Shown here: positions 43,900-58,214 of the stretch, one piece after another
Layout: each line of letters opens with the position of its first letter
How positions within the stretch are numbered: the stretch's first letter is position 1
From: Takakia lepidozioides
Lineage: Eukaryota > Plantae > Bryophyta
Direction of reading: 5' to 3'
DNA: 64,000 bases
Assembly: GCA_030704615.1 (NCBI GenBank)
Contig: CM060731.1
Coordinates: 42,904,001 to 42,968,000, forward strand
Program-made: the position numbers and the translations under genes
The notes under the pieces: model-generated
The model's input: the letters and a program-made list of their open reading frames with translations, nothing else
Database searches by the model: none
What the model was told of the DNA's origin: nothing

Positions 43900-46800
43900 T
43901 CAGAATGGTGGAGTGGGGATATAACCCTTGCCAAATGCTGCTATGAGAAGAGCCTCAGCTCGGCCTGCACACCAACCAACCTCATGCTATTAGCCTTTAT
44001 TTTTCAGAACTTGGGCAGTTACCAGGGTCTTCATACATGTCGAGCAAGGGCTGTATGCAGTTCTGAACAAATATATACCCTAGTAGCTGAATGTGCTCAT
44101 TAGGCCTCCAACCATCACTAAAGTATAGTCCAGTGGGGCTTACTTTCAGAAACTAAATTGAATGCAGACAGATCGAGTGCCACATCTTTCAACTTGTATC
44201 CCAGCAAGCGAATGCCGAACCATGAAGAGTGAAAGTATATTTGTGTACTTCTATACCATCAGAGCAGGTTATTATATAAGATTGGGTGACAACTTAAGTA
44301 TGAAATTGCCATACGACTTTTCATGTCAAAGAACATCCATAGAGAGAAGACAGATTTAATACCTCTGAAGGACAAATAGAGAGGATACAACAGCGCCTTG
44401 ACTGAAAGGAAGATCAAACTTACCATGGTCTTTCTTCCGCCGGAGCTGTGGAGACAAAGCCGGGAACAGTGATGACGCCAGGGCCCGACTATCATCCTGC
44501 GCCCTCAACCTCAGTTTTTTCCAATTTAACCCTGCGTACAAGGAATATGTTGACAGCATTGATGTCAAGAAGGGTACCAAAAACTGTTTTACTACTGGTA
44601 GTACGAGATGATCAATACCTTGCTGTACTCTCTACCAGCAATTCCCATGGCAGCCTTCCACGTCTGTGCTCGCACTGGCACCACCCTGAATCCCAAGGCC
44701 ATCAAGATACCAACCCAGACTCCATAGCCAAAGCCTGTGCCATACCATCCCTGCATCACACGGTGCTTTTGGTGACAATGCCTTCATGGAAAGGTCAAAG
44801 TCAATACAACAAAACTCAGGTTTCCAAACAAACGAATCCGAAACAAACTCCTCTGCCTCCTTTACACTTTAATACTTTTCCCTTCCCTTAACCCCTGAGC
44901 AGACACCCTTCTGAGCAGTGCCTCATGAATCTGGGACAACAACACATTCTGCAGTCAGTACAGCTGGATTGTAGCATTTCCAACACATACGTGCACATCC
45001 GCATGCTACTAAGAAAGTAGTTTTGGGTTTGCTTACTGGCCTGCTTGCCATCCTTAGCAAATGGCATGGCCTGTTCCACATATGCCACACTTCCTGCAAA
45101 CTTTGGAACCCTCCATGGTCAAAAAAAGACACAGCATCAACTTCAATACACAGACACATCGAGATGGTGACTCACACACACACAACATGCGTACTCTTAA
45201 AGGAAAAACGTATGCCATCTCCAAAGCTGTGTTACATGAGATAAGTCACAGAGAGTACCCTGGGGTGCATTGAGTTGATGCATCATGGTAACAATTGAAT
45301 GGGCATCATGACGGCGGCGCATGGTTTTGCCAACCATCACTTTCACACATGGCACATCAATTACCTGCTCAATCCATGCCAATTATTTCACTTACATGCA
45401 GGATTTGTGCTGCCTAGACATATTATGAGACCTCATCTCTGACTGAAGGTCACTGTTATTTGCAGAACAGCGTGGAGGTGTTGATCAATCCCCAATACCA
45501 TAATGTCATGCATTGCCAGAGCTATCCAGCAGGAGAGTGGTAGAGCACACCACCCTTCCCCAGAAAAACAAAGGAGGGGAGAGAGTAGAAGCCAGAAGAG
45601 AGCATGTAGACCTTAAAATATGGGAAAGCTCCTACGGGCAATTTACAAGCCTGAAAAGGCCAACCCACACAAAGCTTGCTACAAGTAAAAAGCACCAGAG
45701 GGGAACAAGAATGCCTAGAAGACAAGCTGTACACCAAGTAAAGTGCAGCAGTAGCAAACACAGACTTCTATTTGCAAACTGCCAATATTTGGAGGAGAGT
45801 TGCACCAATGAGGATAATGCACAGTATGCCTTTATTCTCTGCATCTGGTGTGGTTATCATTCCCTGGCCCTGCCAGGGCAGCATTTCTTGGTTGCCAAGG
45901 TTGTGATTGAGGGTTGGGGCTCATAAAGCTTGCTTGGGATTGTTACCCTCTTTCCTCACCAAGAGAGTAGAAAGAAAGAAAGATTGGGTCGGCAGAAGGC
46001 CCAAAGGACCCAAGGGACAGAGAACAAGACAGCGAGAAGAGAGAGAGAGAGAGAGAGAGAGTTCTGACAGAAGTCGTACAGCAGAATAGGGAGGGAGAGA
46101 AAAACTAAGCAGCCTACCTCAGCTTGGGTGCCCTGTTCCTTGAGCACAGCTATCGCACCGGATACATCGGGGTCGATACCAACTACACACACATCTCCTG
46201 GAGTCCCAGCCACCTGAACATCAAGAGTCCAGACCACTGTTTGTTTTCAAGGCTGAAGGAAGAGCAAGCCTAATCCATCACTGGTAAAACCCTGACAATT
46301 AGATCCCACAAGATCCCAGATTCGCCCAATAAACTTTACATGAGTCCTATGTCTATACTCCTAAAGATCGCACTGATACTCAGGAAAGTAGAGCAGCATA
46401 TTGACACCATACGGAAATCGTAGAAGTTCACCATGAAGTCAAAATCGAACGATTTATTTTCACCAAATTCACCATCCGCATGTACCACAAATGCTCCCCT
46501 TCAAACCTCATTGCATTCTTCAAGAAGTCATACCTCTCCATTGGCATTGATAACACCAATAGTTTCCAATTCGAGTGCCACTTCATCATCTTCTGGATCT
46601 GAGCATCCTTCCACATTTTCATTGGGAAGAAACAAGGGCGGAACCTCAACACCAATGACCAAATTGCGGGCAAGTGCGCCATTGGTAATCCCTAAGCTTT
46701 TCTCAGTCCCCTCCACAACGTCAATGCTCTTTGCCTGCAATGGAGATCCCCCCCTCCTTGAAATTTTTCACATCTGCTTAGGAGTTCTTTGTGAATCCTG

Positions 46801-47330
46801 GCTAATAGCTCCAGCTAGTGAAGGTTGAAACACATCACCCTTATTTCCACTCGTAGGCAATCTCATTAAAGGCCACGAGGAACTCAAGAGGGTGGTCGAG
46901 TGAAATTTTTTAGCTTCTGCTTCTTAATGGAATCCAAAGCTTGATATGGAGCCCTCGGATAAAATTTCGGGGGTTGGTAAATGTGCTATGATTTTGGCCA
47001 TAGCATACATGAGAGACAAGGAAGGTGGACACGATCGGGAAAGTCACGGCACTAGCACACCTCGACAGCCTTGAGTCTCCGCGGCTGCTTTGGATTCACA
47101 TTGACACACGCTCTTGCTTCCGAGTGCACCTGTCGTCTGTGGGAGAATCCGGGCTCCAACAATCCAAGCCACCTCTTGTTACTCTTCCATTCTAGAGTTC
47201 TGGAATGCCTTGAACAACACAACTGTACTGTGCTTGACGGGCTGCAGGATTGGCAGACAGCACCCGTTTTCATCATTATCCCTGCCACGCAAGTTCCCAG
47301 CTTGCATTTGAAAGGTGCCACTGCCAACAT
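43900..47330 (-). CDS. MOC1: Organellar Holliday junction resolvase MOC1 (RuvC-like), 8 exons, 331 aa
   Basis: Exons 47330-47061, 46734-46534, 46213-46118, 45364-45259, 45093-45041, 44750-44619, 44496-44424, 43964-43900. Motifs VVGIDPDVSGAIAVL, AYVEQAMPFAKDGKQGW, GFGYGVWVG, DDSR, RKKDHGRAEALLIAAFG. The first two exons (transit-peptide-like) are less certain. Confidence 0.92.
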
Positions 47331-49518
47331 TCTGTATGCCCTCAGGGTGGTGAGCTCACCCCTGCCTGCCCAATGTTATCTACTTTCGAAAGGACACGAT
47401 TGAAAAGTTCTGCATAGACATAGTTCTCGACTCGCTGTTTCATATTTCACCTCTCTCTGTCCCTCTGAGACTCTCTCGCTCTTTGGGGTTTACTGCTACC
47501 AAACTACTCCAACCCATGACTAGTGAGTACATCCCGCTCTCCCACTCCACTCAATGCTGGAAATTCAGGAAGCACTCACGCCATCTCTAGAGCTGAATTT
47601 GATCCGCCACAAGCAACTGATGTGATCAGGTGAAGATTGCTGTTGGGTTGCCTGAACCCATGAAGATGAATCACACCCAAAAGAGAGAGAAGGGCCTGGA
47701 CCAACGAACGAGAAACGGAGACGCTGGAAGAAGGACAAACAGACCGAGAACTAGATCCTCATACATGAGAACGTGAGAACTGCAAGAATGGGAACGTAGC
47801 CAGGCATCCGGAAGGGTCCGAGGCCAATGACCAACGGTCTCCTCTAGGAGGTTATCCACCCCTGTCCCTCCTAGGAATTATGGCTTGCTTTCTCTTTGGT
47901 ATGAGATCCTGAGAGCAGCGCATTGAATCGCTTGGAAGATTGTGAGAGAGGGTTACAGGATCAGATTGAGGATCAGGCTGCAGGAAGCAAGGAGGAAGGG
48001 GGACTGGGGAAACACCTGCTCGGCCGCCTCCACGAGGGTCCGTCCACGAATCCTTTGTTTTTTGTCTCGTGGGTTTTACAAGAGAAACCGATTTTTTCCA
48101 CACTTTTTGCTGTGGAATCAGCCGCAATCCACACCTGACATGAATTCAGGGTTTGATGTAAGGGCTGGAAAGTTTCAGGACACGAAAGTAAGTGGTTATC
48201 CCAACACTGCTGCTCTACAATGCGCGTGGATTGGGCAGTGCTGTTGTAGCCACAAATTCGATTACGGCAGGTGTGTATGCGAGAATGTTTCACTCATTGA
48301 TTCAATGCTTGCAGGGGCTGATCGCAGCTGCGGGCTCCCCAACAGACGTCGAGGCGATTGTTGCTACCGCCTGCCTGCTCTGTCACCCTCATCCAAGACT
48401 CCATCTGGTTAGGTTTTCATGTGTGTGTGTGATATTAGAGAGACAGAGGGAGCGAGGTGCTTCTGTGTGTATGAACTAGTATTCCTGTTTCTTGCTCTTC
48501 TCCCGGTAACTCCAGTATTCCAACTCCCATAAATTGGGTGAGGAAGGATTTTAGGGTCAGGTTTCGAAGGGGGCATTAAATCCCTCACTTTTTGTGATGA
48601 AGGGTCACGACGTCTTCTCTATAAACTCGTGGATTCTTTGTTTCTCTATCTCCAGTCACTGTGTCATTGGTAGAGTGCCTGCAAATTGTCCCCCATTTAT
48701 GTTTCTATGTCATTGTCCAGGAACCTGATTAAAAGCCCCAAACCTTTCTGTGAAGAATGACATGCCCTCAAATCAGCAGCAGGAAAGGTGCAAACATATA
48801 ATTTACGCCAGCAGGCAGCAAATCTCTCTTTCTTTTGTGTCGTGAATGGATTCATACCTGCCCATACTCATTGTGACTCCCACTGCTGCATTGTTAGTAA
48901 CCTGCTGATTATGAACGCATTTTTGAGGTTCTTCTTTATCATTTGTTGTTCAGAATGTGATGGGTATTGCTGAAAGCAGAGTTAGGGAAGTATGTCGATT
49001 TTCACAGAAACTTGGCTCCAGAATGTTCACAAATTTGGGTCACCAGGCCCTTTAAGATGAGTTGATCTGCTGTCTATTACAATGCAATAGGTCTCACTCA
49101 CACCACAGCCCCAAGGTCGTCTCCGATTTCTGGCACCAGTTCATGTGAGGATATTGTTTGTTTTGATTCAAGTTCAACTTCTTGAATACTTTGGTCCGCT
49201 AAGTCCAACAACCACCCACCTGAACTTGGAGTTCTCCAGCTCATCTGAAAGAGCAAAGAGAGATCTTCTTCATTTGTCTATTCAATCTTCCAAGCACAAA
49301 ACAATCCAACCAAATCTCTTCGAGATGCACAGTACAATTAGAAGTTGATGTGGTTTGAACCAAACTATTCAAGTGACTATCCAAGCAGAGCCTAAGAACA
49401 TAGAACGCCCAGAACAAAAATTAAGAATCACTTGTCAATTCTGCTCTTTCTTCCATGTACATGACCTTGCTTACCTTTCCTAATGTTTCACTGCAGTCAA
49501 AGAAACAAGACCAGGGCG

Positions 49519-51729
49519 ATGGTAGTCTCAAACGAAAGGTTGTTGCCGGAGTACTTGTATGGCAGTCAAAGAGCAGTGGCAGCACTAGCAGGATTGAGAC
49601 CTGCTCCTCAAACAAACTCATTTGTTCACGAGTTGTTCACACGGTTCACCGGCGCGAAATGCGTCGCAAGGAACAACAACCATAGACGACTTGCGGACGA
49701 TCAAAGATCCAAGTTCCTAATACCCGCCGCAAGCGAGGCGGGTGGAATTCCAATGTATTCCGCAGAGTTTTATGCTGCATGCACGATTGGTGGCATTTTG
49801 AGCTGCGGCATCACACACACGGCTGTGACGCCTTTGGATATTGTCAAGTGTAACATGCAGGTATACAACATAAATCTCACAATTCTTGCCCCATTGTGAT
49901 CCATTCCCTGCCACAAACTTGTTGAGTCCAGTCACAAATCTCTGCCCATATCGTAATTCTGTTTGACGAGTCTTTCAGATCGATCCGGGAAAGTACAAAA
50001 GCATCGGTGGTGGCTTCAGCACGATCCTCAAGGAGCAAGGTGCAAAAGGGTTGTTCAAAGGCTGGGCGCCGACTCTAGTCGGATACAGCTCGCAAGGAGC
50101 TTGCAAGTTTGGATTGTACGAGTTTTTCAAAAAGTACTACGGAGATTTGGCAGGAGAGCCCTTCGCAACGGATTACAAAACGTTGGTGTACTTAGCAGGC
50201 GCTGCATCGGCCGAGTTCATAGCCGACATCGCTCTGTGCCCCTTCGAGGCCGTCAAGGTCCGCGTGCAGACCAAGCCCGGCTACGCTCGCGGCCTCAGCG
50301 ACGGCATGCCCAAGTTCATCGCTGCCGAGGGTTTTGCCGGGTATCTTTCCATTCCTTTTGCTCTCTTTCTGTCTGTGCAATCAACTCTCAGTGTACATAA
50401 AGAATACACAATCTAAGTATTTGTGGATCAAAACTATAACTGTGCTCTAACTGTAATTTTGCTCTCAAAGAATATGATCTACTGTAACAGAAAGGAGATG
50501 TGGGTATCCCTGAAATCTATCAAATAAAATGGAAGAAGAAGAAGAACCATAGCTTACATCAGTTGTGGTTGTGTACTCAGTCTGTACCAGGGTATTGTGC
50601 CACTTTGGGGGCGACAAATTCCTTGTAAGTAACGGCTTAAAAAAAAATTCTCTAATGAATCCCTTTTCTTATGATCAGAAGATTGTTTGCAAGTATTATT
50701 ACCGTATGGGTTGTCTCTTTTATCAAAAAAAGAGACAACAAAACAGAACAAAACAAAACAAAACCATATTCAATATGAAACTGATGGATTCTAAAGAACT
50801 AACAACATGGGTGGTGTGATGAGTTTTGGAACTAGCTTCAAATAACTGGTTGGTACAAAGTGGGTATCATTTTCTATAATTTTTTACACAATGTTGTATA
50901 TATGCACTTGCTGAAGATTGGCTCAGTTGGCTCAATCTATCAAAGGGTAATGAATGGCCTGAATTGCCTGAAAATCATTCTATGTTGGCCTGAATGGTTT
51001 GTTTTTAAGAAACTTTTGCAGACACAATGATGAAGTTTTCTTGCTTTGAGAGTACGGTGGAAGCATTGTACAAGTATGCGGTGCCCATGCCTAAGGAAAA
51101 ATGTTCCAAGACTACCCAACTGGGAGTCAGCTTTGCTGCTGGCTACATTGCTGGAGTGCTTTGCGCCGTGGTGTCGCATCCAGCTGACAACCTGGTGTCG
51201 TATTTTAACAACAAGAAGGGTGCTACTGTTGGTCAGGTACAAACTACAAACATCATTGAAAACACATTTTATCCTGACCTTCCTTTAATTAATTGAAGCC
51301 ATACCTCTATGTCTTAGAAAGAAAAAAGTACAAGTTAGTTGTCCGTGTATCTCGACTTGTAACGAAAGACGAACGTGCTCCAAGTGTTCTTGCAATATGG
51401 GTGCAGGCAATAAGTGAAATGGGCATGGTTGCTTTGTTTACACGAGGTTTGCCTCTTCGAATTGTGATGGTGGGTACCCTTACTGGAGCACAATGGGGCA
51501 TCTACGACGCTTTCAAGGTTTTTGTAGGCTTGTAAGTCCCCTCAACCGAAAATGTTTCAAGTTAAATGATCATTTGAGGAGGTTAATAATCTTTGAGAGA
51601 GAGTTTCATGAGAAATGATTGATGATTTTGTTCATGTTGTTCAGGCCAACAACAGGTGGTGCTGCACCCACACACGGCAAGCCTGCTGCACATGGTCATG
51701 GAACAACCAAGAGTGGCAAACCATGTTGA
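49519..51729 (+). CDS. Mitochondrial phosphate carrier (MPT/PiC, SLC25 family), 6 exons, 390 aa
   Basis: Exons 49519-49860, 49979-50340, 50581-50624, 51022-51236, 51407-51531, 51645-51729. Motifs [86 protein letters not shown]. Confidence 0.96.
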
Positions 51730-52859
51730 ATTGCAACATTCTGATTATCATATGGAAGCATCACCATGTTTCACTTCTGATTTTAATATATTAACATTTA
51801 TCATGATGTGGTTCAATTTTTTATTTATTTTTCCTCCATAAAAGGAACACCTGTCGGGAGTGATTATTGTGTGAGCACAGCTTGAGCAGGAAAAAAACCC
51901 GCTTGAGCGCAATCCATGATTATAGGGGTCATATGTTTGAAAACGACAATACAAGTCATAAGTGGACAATGGGTACTCCAGCATCAATGGTCACTTTTTT
52001 ATGAATGTGTTTGTATTAATATTTTTAGATTGAATTATTGGAAGGGAAAAAAATTAAATCCCTAAAATAGTACCATGAGGCATCATTATCGTTAAAATAA
52101 AAAATTAATAGTTAATATGATATCAAAATTGGCAACATTCACAAGCAAATGATAAAGGATCACTCAAGTATATTTGAGTTTATGGAGAGTTTCATTAGTG
52201 CAGTGTTTTTTGTTTCTGGCGAAAAATTGCCAAGACCTGGAAAATGGGTTAGCTAATTGTACAAAGGAAATATGGGAAAAAAACCGAAAAAATCGCCAGA
52301 AAGCGCCAGTAGTTGAATTTCAGGAGCCTGATTTGCCTATGTGGGCCCACCTTGTTATTCTTGCTACATGGGCGCTAGGGAGCATTTACATGTGGCGAAT
52401 TAGAAAACGCCAAAAAAGATAAAGATAAAACATAAAAACTGAAATCTAAAACACACTTTCGCTCGCGAACTTAATTTCCATTTTTTTTCCTAGATGGGAT
52501 TATGCAAATAAGTAAGTGTACTATCGTAGTTACGCAATGTTCAAGCGTGAGCATATTTCTGTAGCATGTTCTCTGCATATTTCTAGAATATGTGGAATAT
52601 CCTATTTTGCTCACGTTAGCATACTTAGACAGTTACCCAACCTCTTGGGAGCAACAGCTCACAATGAGAGGAGAAAATACCTCTTTCAAATGAGGTTGGG
52701 TAGCATGTGAGCATGCTCATGTGCCGAGAAAAGGAGATTCCATATATTCTAGTTATATCAAAAGAATATATTATGGTGAAATGAAAATGTGCTTACACTA
52801 GAAAATTGCAAAACGATTACAAATTTGTGGCTCCATTGCCTGCTCCATTGTCACCTTTC

Positions 52860-53588
52860 CTCCAGAATGTGGAGTTATGTGGGACAATGGGACTTCGTGG
52901 GACAAATGCCCAATTTGGGCTACCCTCAGAGGCCACGCTCTATGGTCAGTTTGGAAAGTTAGATGTTCCTTAGTTTTCCAGGGGAAGCGCCCCTGCATCA
53001 GATCACTTCTTGGCAAATTGTATGCTAGTTTGATGACTGAGGGGCGTAAGGCTTGGGTGTCTTTGCTTTCAGCATCCAGCAAGTGCAGTGAAAGAAAGCG
53101 CCAACGGCTGTTCGCAGAGTTCGATCTCACCTGGGCAAAGGGCAATCTCGTCTGCTCTAGGCTCTCTGAATCCAGGATCGTTTGGCACGATGACATCCCC
53201 GGGCTTTGGAAAATCGCCTGCTGACTCCGAGGCACCAGACATCAAGTTGAAGGACTGCCTCATGCCTGCCTACATGCTTATGAGCTTCTTGTTTTGCATT
53301 TCAAACAGTGATCTCTTGCAAGCCTCAGGCTGGTATCTCCTCAATTCCTAGTCTCTCCTCAGTTACTAAATTTTCTTAGCCCAGAACTTTGGCCTCTGCC
53401 TGGCCTCATCCTACTGTTCCCCCTTATCACTGTTTGTTCTGGGTTGTGCCCTATGCAATACGCTTTTATGGCCTTCCTAAGAGATTATTTTTTCCTCCTC
53501 TTTATTTTGTCTTCCACTTTTATTAATAAAGTTTTATCATGGCCACTGTCCCCTGTTGGAAAAAAAATAAAAAATAAAAAATAAAAAA
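52860..53588 (+). mobile_element. 5'-truncated L1-like LINE 3' end with AATAAA and A-rich tail
   Basis: ALWSVWKVRCSLVFQG (plant L1 ORF2 C-terminal WxxWxxRxxxxF motif); aataaa at ~53525; (aaaaat)n tail ~53559-53588. Confidence 0.7.
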
Positions 53589-55859
53589 TGCTTGGGAGCA
53601 TAGTTTTACTTATTTCTTTGCATAGATATCCATTTGAAGAATAACTTTGGAAATGTCCATCTAAGCCCAAGTGTAATATTCTATTCATGTATCCAAATGC
53701 TTCTCCCATGTAGAGGCCCAAGTGCGACCTCCAGCATCCAATGTCATCTAAGCCCAAAGTGCAATCCACTATGCATCCGGAGACCCCGCAGTTTGGGAGA
53801 TCTTCAGGTCATTGTTCCAACAAAGCCCACTTTGCTATTTTTGGCATCTCCCATATCGAGGCTTCATATATTGATATATCCACTTTACTGCTATTTTTCA
53901 TGAATTTCCAGCAACCAAAAGCACTTGAAATTCCAAATCTCCCACCTGAAGGGCCAATCACTACTCCAGGAAAGCCCACTTTGCTAATTTTTCTAGTTCC
54001 TCTACTGACTTGCGTCGGCCCTCAATCTGGACCTCTATCCCTGGTCCTTCAACTATCCCTGCCTATGTACAAATCATGAATACATCCTCAACCTTGCTGC
54101 TAGCAGCTAACACTGACGGCCTGAAGTTCTTCCAGCAAACACCCCAACCCTACTTATTACAGTAGTTCCAATTCTGAATTGCATTCTGCTTCTCTCTGTA
54201 GTCCAATAGGCATTCACCTTTTTTGTCTCCATTGTCCCACCATTGTCTGGGGTCCGAAAAGTGTCCATTCCAAAGCTTCTCCTCATCTCTGTTATCTGTT
54301 TTTGGATACTTTCCTGCTGCCATATCGGCAATAACTTGTCAAAGTCACTCCAAACCACCACAAATCCGCCCAACGAGCTAACTTACAGAATTCAATATGC
54401 ATCTCGAATCTGATGAGAGGGCAAAACAGGCTGAAAATAGGTTGAAGAAGGTGCTCTTCCTTCTGAGTAGTCATGGTACGAAAAATTTGATGGAATTCTC
54501 GGAGGCACGACAAAAATTGAATGGGATTCCTGGAGGTATTGATCAGGGAGTACGCAACAATCTTCCCCAAACCATTAATCTTGATGATGTTGCATTCGTG
54601 TCAAATACACAATTTGATCAATGTCTCATCTACGACATACTCATGTATTTGATGGAGAAACTACTTCTGGAACAACACCAAATGTGACGGCAACCACCAC
54701 ACCCGATGATCCTTCGGCTACACCCGTCACTCCTAAGACGACAACTTACAAGTTGTCGCCACGTTTGATAGCCAAAAACCCAGCAAGACAATTTTCTGTT
54801 ATAAATTTTCTTAACGATTCAAAAAGCTGCATATGGACGTCACATCTTCCTACGCCAACTGTACATAAAACCTCAATGGCTTTTGATGCAATTCTGTCCT
54901 TCGTTGTTGTAAGATTCATAGGTCGCCCCCTCCCTCTCTTCCCACACACTTCTGCTGTTCATTGCCTCCATGTTGGGTTCGTACTTCTCCTTTCATCGCA
55001 TTTTGTATTGCTGACCCCTCGTAGCTCGCCTCTGCTACTGTGCACTACGTTGACCTCTTAAGTTGGTACAGTTATACGCGACTATCGAAACTCCATCATC
55101 TAGAACGTTCTTTATTCTAGAATGGGGGGCAGTAGCCGTAAGGCGAAGTGGCTCTTAGTTACGCCGGCTATGGCCGGAGTCTTCTCTCTTCTAGAATGTT
55201 CGCCAAATCTCACTTGGGCATGGACTGCATATGGGCCCGCATCCACTGGCTATGTGGGGCCCTTGCAACCTACCACATGATTCAGACAAACTTGTAGATG
55301 TCATCTGGCTTTTTTGTCGATTTTATTTTTCCAACGACTAGGGTACATATAGAAATGGATGGAAAAACTGAGGGACTGAAGTACAACACACATGAGGGTA
55401 CGGCCAGGACTGATCAGCCAGAGGATCAACCTTGTGGGACCCAACGGATGTGGGGGCGGACATCCGCCCTTACCTGCATACACATGGGCGGATCAAATCC
55501 CATGACTCATCCACTAGGTGAAATCGGGCAAAATTCACCGTAGCAAGTTGGTCGTCTCTCTCATCTCCACAGCACCCACGCCACTCATCTTAGTGGAAAG
55601 CTTTACATCATGGAGTATTAAACCAGGTCTGAATGAAAGAGATTCGTCATCTTTGCCACTCATTACAGATTACATATTGAAAAAAACGCACAAACTTGTA
55701 GCATAAATTAGATTCATTACAAAAATGGAGAGGCTTTTCATTGGAAATGTCATTTTGGTATGGGTGCTTATGTCTGTGACCTTAGGGAATTGTTTGATAG
55801 TCAAATCAAATGCGAAACTTATTTTCGGAGAGAATGAGGGTTTTCACTGGCATATCGAT

Positions 55860-56400
55860 ACTTGCCAATTTTGGTGGCAATTTGTAGAAAGAAGAGAAGG
55901 CATGCACGCACGTGGTGGAAGGAGCCTAGACAGTACACACTGGGAATTGATAGGAGACACAAGTTTGGTATGTTACCCCAAGTTTGGTCAGAGACAAGAA
56001 ATTTCTACGGAATTATAGAAGACATATGATGCTTTCAACAATTTGGTTGATGAACTTACGCCATTTATTAAGTCCACTGCATTAAATTTTGTAAGACCAC
56101 AAGTGGAGATCCGAAAGATTATAGCAGTTGTTCTCTATCGATTCGAAAATGATATTTCCCAAACCATAATGGCAGACCGATTCAATGTTGGTGCGTCCAC
56201 CATACACAAATATATTGACATTGTTTGTGTTGCTCTCATGACACCCGAATGTCTATTTAGCAAGTACATTGACACACCCACATGAGAATGATTAACAGAA
56301 TTATCCATGTTTTCAAGCAGATTACAGGGTTGTCTAACAACGTTGGCGCCATCGATAAAACCCATATTCTTCTTGCAGAAAAGCCGAACAAGAGGGTCAC
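55860..56400 (+). mobile_element. PIF/Harbinger transposase remnant
   Basis: LVDELTPFI...KIIAVVLYRF..ISQTIMADRFNVGASTIHKYIDIVCVAL (HTH) and VGAIDKTHI (GAIDGTHI-type DDE motif), with stops and frameshifts. Confidence 0.8.
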
Positions 56401-56577
56401 CTTGAGAGAATGAACTATCCCGACCTGTTTGCTAATTACTTTGAAGAATGTGCAAGGTGATTCTCTCTGTCATCGCCATCTTTAGCGTCTCCATCTCTTT
56501 GATCCTCTCACCAAACTCTTAGGATACTGTTTGAAGAATTACGAATGCATTTCAAGTCTTCTAGCCCTAATGTCACG

Positions 56578-56736
56578 CAGCGTTTTTTTAAATATGGATG
56601 ATATCAATGGATGAAAGTATGGATGTGGATGATTCTATCCTAATTTGAATGGATGAACAAAGTATATGCCTAATTTTTGCAAAACTCTGTAGCCACTCGT
56701 GCTATTTTTCGAATTAAAAAAAAAAAAAAAACTCTG
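56578..56736. mobile_element. 159-bp hAT-type MITE
   Basis: TIRs cagcgtttttt / aaaaaactctg; 8-bp flanks atgtcacg (56570-56577) and atgtcatg (56737-56744). Confidence 0.75.
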
Positions 56737-58214
56737 ATGTCATGGTGCATGATATGGAAGAGATAAAAGAAATGAACGCATTATATGGTAGTGCAGAGCT
56801 CAAAAACCGTGTGTGTTTGATGCTAGCAAATTTTTTCAAGAGAGCCATTTATCATCTTCACCAACGGTCTGGAACACAATTAACAGGTACATTCTCAGGC
56901 TGCATGTTAGCAATACTAAAATCGACAAATTTTTTGCATCGTGTACGTTTTTGCGGAAGGGTATGAATCTGGGCATGTGTGAAGCTTTATGACGGACAAT
57001 GCGAATGGCAAAAGAAACCACTATGGAATTAGTGAAAGATATCTTTTTCCATGACGAGGTGAAGCGGGGTCCTTGATATTTTGTTGAAGAGTCGTGTACA
57101 AAAGAGCCACTAGATCTTAATATCGCATGTGTTGATCCGCAGCAGTTATTAATCAAAGAACCGTACATTCTAAAATTCCAAACGCAAGTTTGTTTTGTTT
57201 TGTAGCATCGTTGAGACCTCCAAACCGCGGGGCCCATCCTTGGTGCTTGGTGCCGTTGGAAAGCCCTTGATGAGAGGGGTGCACCGGCTTGGTCTCATAA
57301 TGTTTGGACCTGCGGTGTGGGAGATGTCGAATTTCAAGTACTTTTGGTTGCTGGAAATTTGTGAAAATAGCAAAGTGGGCTTTCCTGGGACAATGATTGG
57401 ATATATGAATATATGAAGCCTCGATATGAGACACACTTGGATACATAGAAGATTGCAAAGTGGGCTTTCCTCGAACAATGACGCGGAGGTCTCCAAAAAT
57501 GTAGGGTCTCTTGATATATAGGGGATTGCACTTGGACTTAGGCCCATGACACACGAGCGGCAGAAAATTGTCGCATTCCAAATACCAAAGGCTAGGAATT
57601 TTGCCTATATATAGGTCCACATCAGCCTACATCAGCGATAAAATCTTGGCTGGCTACCACACGAGAAAGGAGCGGCAGCGGCAATGGTTTCCCACCATAA
57701 TCCAAATCGCGCAGCCAACTCGACACACAGAGCATGCAGGCAGGTTGGGTAGCGCGTGAGCAGCGTGCTCACGCCGCTGTGCGTGTGCTCACGTGAGCAG
57801 TAGACAAAATGCCCGAAACTTCCCGAAAAGATGCTACAGCGAAATTAAAACTGAAAATTTGTGCTCACGGGGACCAAATTGTGCTCACGTGAGCACAAGG
57901 TAGGAAGTTGGGGCATATTAAGCAATATCCGGTTAGTGCCGTCTGCATCAAAAATTTCGTTGTTTAATACCGGGGAATTTAGTCAAGTGCGGGTGACGCT
58001 TGATTATATCAGCAATATGCGAAACTAGAATTATGTCATTCTATTTCGCCCACGAAAGCATGGGTACCGACATACCGCAATAAGCACATAACAACTCATT
58101 AGCGAAATAAAACAATCTCACGTCATCTCTTATATGCAAAACCAAACACAACACATTTTGTTTCGCCCACGAAACCATTGGATAATGACCTACGCAACGA
58201 TACCTAGAAATTTC

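Larger units (their letters stand above)
53745..57545. repeat. Pair of ~220-250-bp inverted homologous repeats (53745-53960 and 57300-57545)
   Basis: aaagcccactttgc / gcaaagtgggcttt, catatcgaggcttcatat / atatgaagcctcgatatg, tttccagcaaccaaaag / cttttggttgctggaaa. Confidence 0.8.
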
